DNA from: Flavobacteriales bacterium
Lineage (GTDB): Bacteria > Bacteroidota > Bacteroidia > Flavobacteriales_F > PHOS-HE28
Length of the DNA: 64,000 nt
Assembly (NCBI GenBank): GCA_023382455.1
Contig: JAHDVX010000009.1
Coordinates: forward strand, 16,701-80,700
Direction: 5' to 3'
This document shows, in pieces, positions 61,124 through 64,000 of the stretch. Numbering within the stretch: position 1 is the stretch's first letter; every line of letters starts with the position of its first letter. The position numbers and the translations under genes are program-made. A model generated the notes under the pieces. That model ran no database searches. It was not told where the DNA came from and saw only the letters and a list, made by a program, of their open reading frames with translations.

Positions 61124-62425
61124 TTGCTGATCCGGAAGACATCCATTGTCAATGCCCTGTTCGTACTGGCGTTTCCGCTGTACGGACTGGGCAACTACCT
61201 GTCCTTCCGGCTGAATTTCAGCGCAGGGATCATCATCTCGGTCTCCGCCTTCCTGGCCATACTGCTCTTTTTCGTCCTGGACCGCCTCTACCAAGGACCG
61301 GTCGAACGGGTGCTGAACCGCAAGTTCACCATCGGGTTCCTGTTCACCTTGTCGATCGCCTGGAGCATGTGGGTGGCCTACCTCAAGCATTTTCCCGGCC
61401 TGAACCTCGTGAACACGGCGTCCACGTCCGTGATGCTCATTGTGCCGTTCCTGGCGTCCGTGGTGGTGCATGTGTACAACCGGGCCAATGACGGGTTCGA
61501 TTTCGCGTGGTTGGTGCTGAAGGGGCTGTTGCTGCTTATCGCCATCAACCTGGTGGGTTACGCCGCCGGGTTCCGCAACTTGATCCATGGCTTTTCGGGA
61601 AGGATCAACATTCCTTTTGCCATGGGCATCTATGATGCGTCGCACCTCATGTCGATCATCAATCTGATGCTGCTGTTCTACATGAAGGATTTCATGAAGA
61701 GGCCAGGGCGGTTCCTGTTGCTGCTGGCCTTTTTCGTGGTGAACCTGGCGGTCATGTTGAACGTGAACAGCCGGCTCTCGCTGATGATCTATTTGGCAGT
61801 GACCGTGCTCTTCCTGACCCGGTCGGCAGGAAGGATCAAGGGCTTATACACCATTTCCCTGTTCACCATGCCGCTGCTCATGAATTTTGCCCTGCTGGTG
61901 TACAAGATCCTCTCCCTGCCGGTTTTCACGGCCCTTTTGCAGCGGGTGACCAAGGAGGATGTCACCACCTTCAACGGTCGCACCTACATCTGGAACGCCG
62001 TGGCGGACTGGGTCTGGGACGATCGCCGGGGGATCATCTTTGGCAATGGCTACCGGGGCCAATACCAGGTGAGGTTGCTCGACTTCCTGGCCGTGCTATG
62101 GAACGAGAAGCACAGCTACAACTTCCACCTGCACAGCACTTTCTTGGAGATCCTCATGGACCAGGGTATCGTAGGCCTCATCCTGTTCTATATGGTGATC
62201 TGGTACACCTATTCGTTCTATCGCCGCAAGTATGTGGATGGCGCCTTGGAGTCCCCTTTGTTTGCGGCCGCGGTGTACTTGATGTTCATTTGGCAGATCG
62301 ACATTTTCTGCTCCGGCATGGACATCGGGAACCCGCTGGTCTTCATTTTGTTCTCGATGGTGGTGATCAACGAACGTTTTATCACGCGTAAACCGAGGCT
62401 CCTTGGCGGGGCGGTAATGGCATGA
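61124..62425 (+). CDS. O-antigen polymerase/ligase-like polytopic membrane protein (Wzy-like)
   Basis: ~10-12 TM helices with a large periplasmic loop near the C-terminus, and a TTG start. Its position between GT genes fits Wzy. Confidence 0.6.
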   Translation: MLIRKTSIVNALFVLAFPLYGLGNYLSFRLNFSAGIIISVSAFLAILLFFVLDRLYQGPVERVLNRKFTIGFLFTLSIAWSMWVAYLKHFPGLNLVNTASTSVMLIVPFLASVVVHVYNRANDGFDFAWLVLKGLLLLIAINLVGYAAGFRNLIHGFSGRINIPFAMGIYDASHLMSIINLMLLFYMKDFMKRPGRFLLLLAFFVVNLAVMLNVNSRLSLMIYLAVTVLFLTRSAGRIKGLYTISLFTMPLLMNFALLVYKILSLPVFTALLQRVTKEDVTTFNGRTYIWNAVADWVWDDRRGIIFGNGYRGQYQVRLLDFLAVLWNEKHSYNFHLHSTFLEILMDQGIVGLILFYMVIWYTYSFYRRKYVDGALESPLFAAAVYLMFIWQIDIFCSGMDIGNPLVFILFSMVVINERFITRKPRLLGGAVMA

Positions 62426-63216
62426 ACCCGGGCGGCAATCCTCCCTTGGTCAGCATAGTGACCGTGGTGTACAATGGGGCGTCCACATTGGAGCGGACCA
62501 TCCAAAGTGTGCTCACCCAGGACTGGCCCCGTATCGAATACATCATCGTGGATGGTGGTTCCTCGGATGGCTCGCTGGATGTGATCCGCAAGTATGGGGA
62601 TCGGCTGGCGCGCTGGGTGAGCGAAAAGGACGGCGGCATCTACGATGCGATGAACAAGGGCGTTGCCATGTGCACCGGCGAATGGGTCGGACTGATCAAT
62701 GCGGACGACGCCTATGCACCCGGGGCGGTGCGCCGGGCGATGGAGGCAGTGGCGGCCCGGCCTGCGGTCAATGTGGTCCATGGGGATATCCGCATGGTCT
62801 ATCCCGATGGCACCAGCAAGGTGAAGCGTGCACGTCGTTCATCGTTCCTGTTGAAGTATTGGGAGATGGTGCTCAACCATCCCAGCTTTTTCGTGCGCCG
62901 GTCATACTACCGGGGAAGGCCTTTCGACCCGTCCTTCCGGGTCAGTGGAGATCACCTATGGACGCTGCAGGCCTGGCGGGAGAGCTCCAAGCAGTTTCAT
63001 TACATCCCGGAGGTACAGGCGGATTTCGCCGTGGGCGGGGCCAGTATGTCTGTTTCCTTGGGCAAGGTGCTGCGCGAGAGCGACCGCATGAGCGACGTGC
63101 TCGGCTACGGGTTGGCGGAGCGGTGGTTGGCCCGGCTGGTGCGTGCGGCCCTGTATGGCCCGGTCATGGCCAAATTGCGCATCAACCGCATGGTGGCACA
63201 TTTGCAATCCGAGTGA
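62422..63216 (+). CDS. family 2 glycosyltransferase
   Basis: VSIVTVVYNGASTLERTIQSVLTQ...IIVDGGSSDGS...DADD is a GT2 signature. Confidence 0.85.
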   Translation: MNPGGNPPLVSIVTVVYNGASTLERTIQSVLTQDWPRIEYIIVDGGSSDGSLDVIRKYGDRLARWVSEKDGGIYDAMNKGVAMCTGEWVGLINADDAYAPGAVRRAMEAVAARPAVNVVHGDIRMVYPDGTSKVKRARRSSFLLKYWEMVLNHPSFFVRRSYYRGRPFDPSFRVSGDHLWTLQAWRESSKQFHYIPEVQADFAVGGASMSVSLGKVLRESDRMSDVLGYGLAERWLARLVRAALYGPVMAKLRINRMVAHLQSE

Positions 63217-63220
63217 CGGC

Positions 63221-63736
63221 ATGGTACGGTACGGCATCCTCCAAGATTGGCAAGCCAATGCGGGCAATCCCAAAGGGCGCCTGGTCTTGGCGTTCTTCCG
63301 GCTGATGCACTTGCTTCGCCAAAGCCTGTTGACCTTTATCCTGTTCCTGCCGCTCTTTCTCCTTTACCGCCTGCTCGTGGAATGGTTCATGGGCATCGAG
63401 CTGCCGTGGAAGACGCGGATCGGCCCGGGGTTCCGGGTGGACCATGGCCAAGCCCTCGTGATCAATGATGGCACGGTGTTCGGTGCAGGTTGCACGGTGC
63501 GCAATTCCACCACCATCGGGAACAAGCGCGCTGCGGGCGGCGGCTATACCAGGGCCCCGATCTTCGGGGATCGCGTGGATATCGGCGCCAATGCCGTGAT
63601 CATCGGCCCGGTGACGATCGGGGATGATGTGTTGATCGGCGCGGGTGCGGTGGTGGTGAAGGATGTGCCCGCAGGCCACATCGCCGTGGGCAATCCCGCC
63701 CGCATACTTCCGCGCAAGGACCTCCGCGTAGGCTAG
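63221..63736 (+). CDS. hexapeptide-repeat acetyltransferase (serine O-acetyltransferase / WbbJ-like)
   Basis: Left-handed beta-helix hexapeptide repeats (IGANAVIIGPVTIGDDVLIGAGAVV) and a CysE-like core (RIGPGFRVDHGQALVI). Confidence 0.8.
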   Translation: MVRYGILQDWQANAGNPKGRLVLAFFRLMHLLRQSLLTFILFLPLFLLYRLLVEWFMGIELPWKTRIGPGFRVDHGQALVINDGTVFGAGCTVRNSTTIGNKRAAGGGYTRAPIFGDRVDIGANAVIIGPVTIGDDVLIGAGAVVVKDVPAGHIAVGNPARILPRKDLRVG

Positions 63737-64000
63737 TTCACCATCACTTTCACCGCCTGGCGCGCACCGGCGTTGTCCGTCAGTTCCAGGATGTACAGCC
63801 CGGGCCTTGTGCCCTGCGGAATGGTCAAGGTGGTCCCGTTGACCGCTTCAGGCAGGGTCCAACGTTTGCCGTCCGGGGCGATGAGCATGGCGATGCCGGT
63901 GACGGTGGTTGCAATTTGAAGCTGCCTGCCGGCATCCACGGGGTTGGGGAATACGACGGGGGAGGCGCTTGATGGCATGTTCGGGACCGTGGTGGCGATG
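63733..64000 (-). CDS. C-terminal fragment of a T9SS type-A CTD (Por_Secre_tail) cargo protein; the N-terminus lies beyond the window end
   Basis: ...VVFPNPVDAGRQLQI...GLYILELTDNAGARQAVKVMVN is a type-A CTD. The frame stays open to position 64000. Confidence 0.7.
   Translation of the reverse strand, partial: IATTVPNMPSSASPVVFPNPVDAGRQLQIATTVTGIAMLIAPDGKRWTLPEAVNGTTLTIPQGTRPGLYILELTDNAGARQAVKVMVN

Noticed and set aside
54066-64000. tRNA-Glu-adjacent genomic island or prophage
   Set aside because: No integrase, recombinase, phage genes or duplication of the tRNA 3' end is visible in the window. Codon usage and GC match the flanks. The region is reported instead as a polysaccharide locus that may or may not be accessory

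Overview
This is a high-GC (~65%) chromosomal window, most likely from a member of Bacteroidota. The evidence for that phylum is T9SS type A and type B C-terminal sorting domains, a PorP/SprF gene, a GWxTD protein, TAnnTTTG -7 promoter motifs and absent Shine-Dalgarno sequences. Its main parts are as follows. (1) Positions 1-8277 are a conserved housekeeping block: the end of the ribosomal-protein/secY cluster (secY-map-infA-rpmJ-rpsM-rpsK-rpsD-rpoA-rplQ), then carA and eno. (2) A T9SS-secreted M1 aminopeptidase and a helical hypothetical protein. (3) A gliding/adhesion-type cassette on the minus strand at 12768-25351: a small secreted protein, then a 3129-aa SprB-repeat giant adhesin with a type-B T9SS CTD, then PorP/SprF, then a PorE-like OmpA protein. 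(4) A run of housekeeping genes: rlmB, GWxTD protein, rmuC, an L,D-transpeptidase, an Omp85 protein, ung, OsmC, lipA, gap, an LpxH-like phosphoesterase, two TlpA-like redoxins flanking a second long M1 peptidase, gatB, PNP and lpxK. (5) A lone AAA+ ATPase gene bracketed by roughly 30-bp imperfect inverted repeats. (6) A Nif3/zinc-ribbon pair, a FadL-like outer-membrane protein with a Gly/Tyr-rich lipoprotein, proS, and a tRNA-Glu(UUC). (7) Immediately after the tRNA, a Wzx/Wzy-type polysaccharide locus of wza, wzc, wzx, a Zn-ribbon GT9-like glycosyltransferase, an HlpA-like GT, wzy, a GT2 and an acetyltransferase, ending in the C-terminus of another T9SS cargo protein. No rRNA, CRISPR array, integrase or transposase was seen. 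Many long ORFs in the six-frame track are antisense shadow ORFs caused by the high GC content and are rejected.
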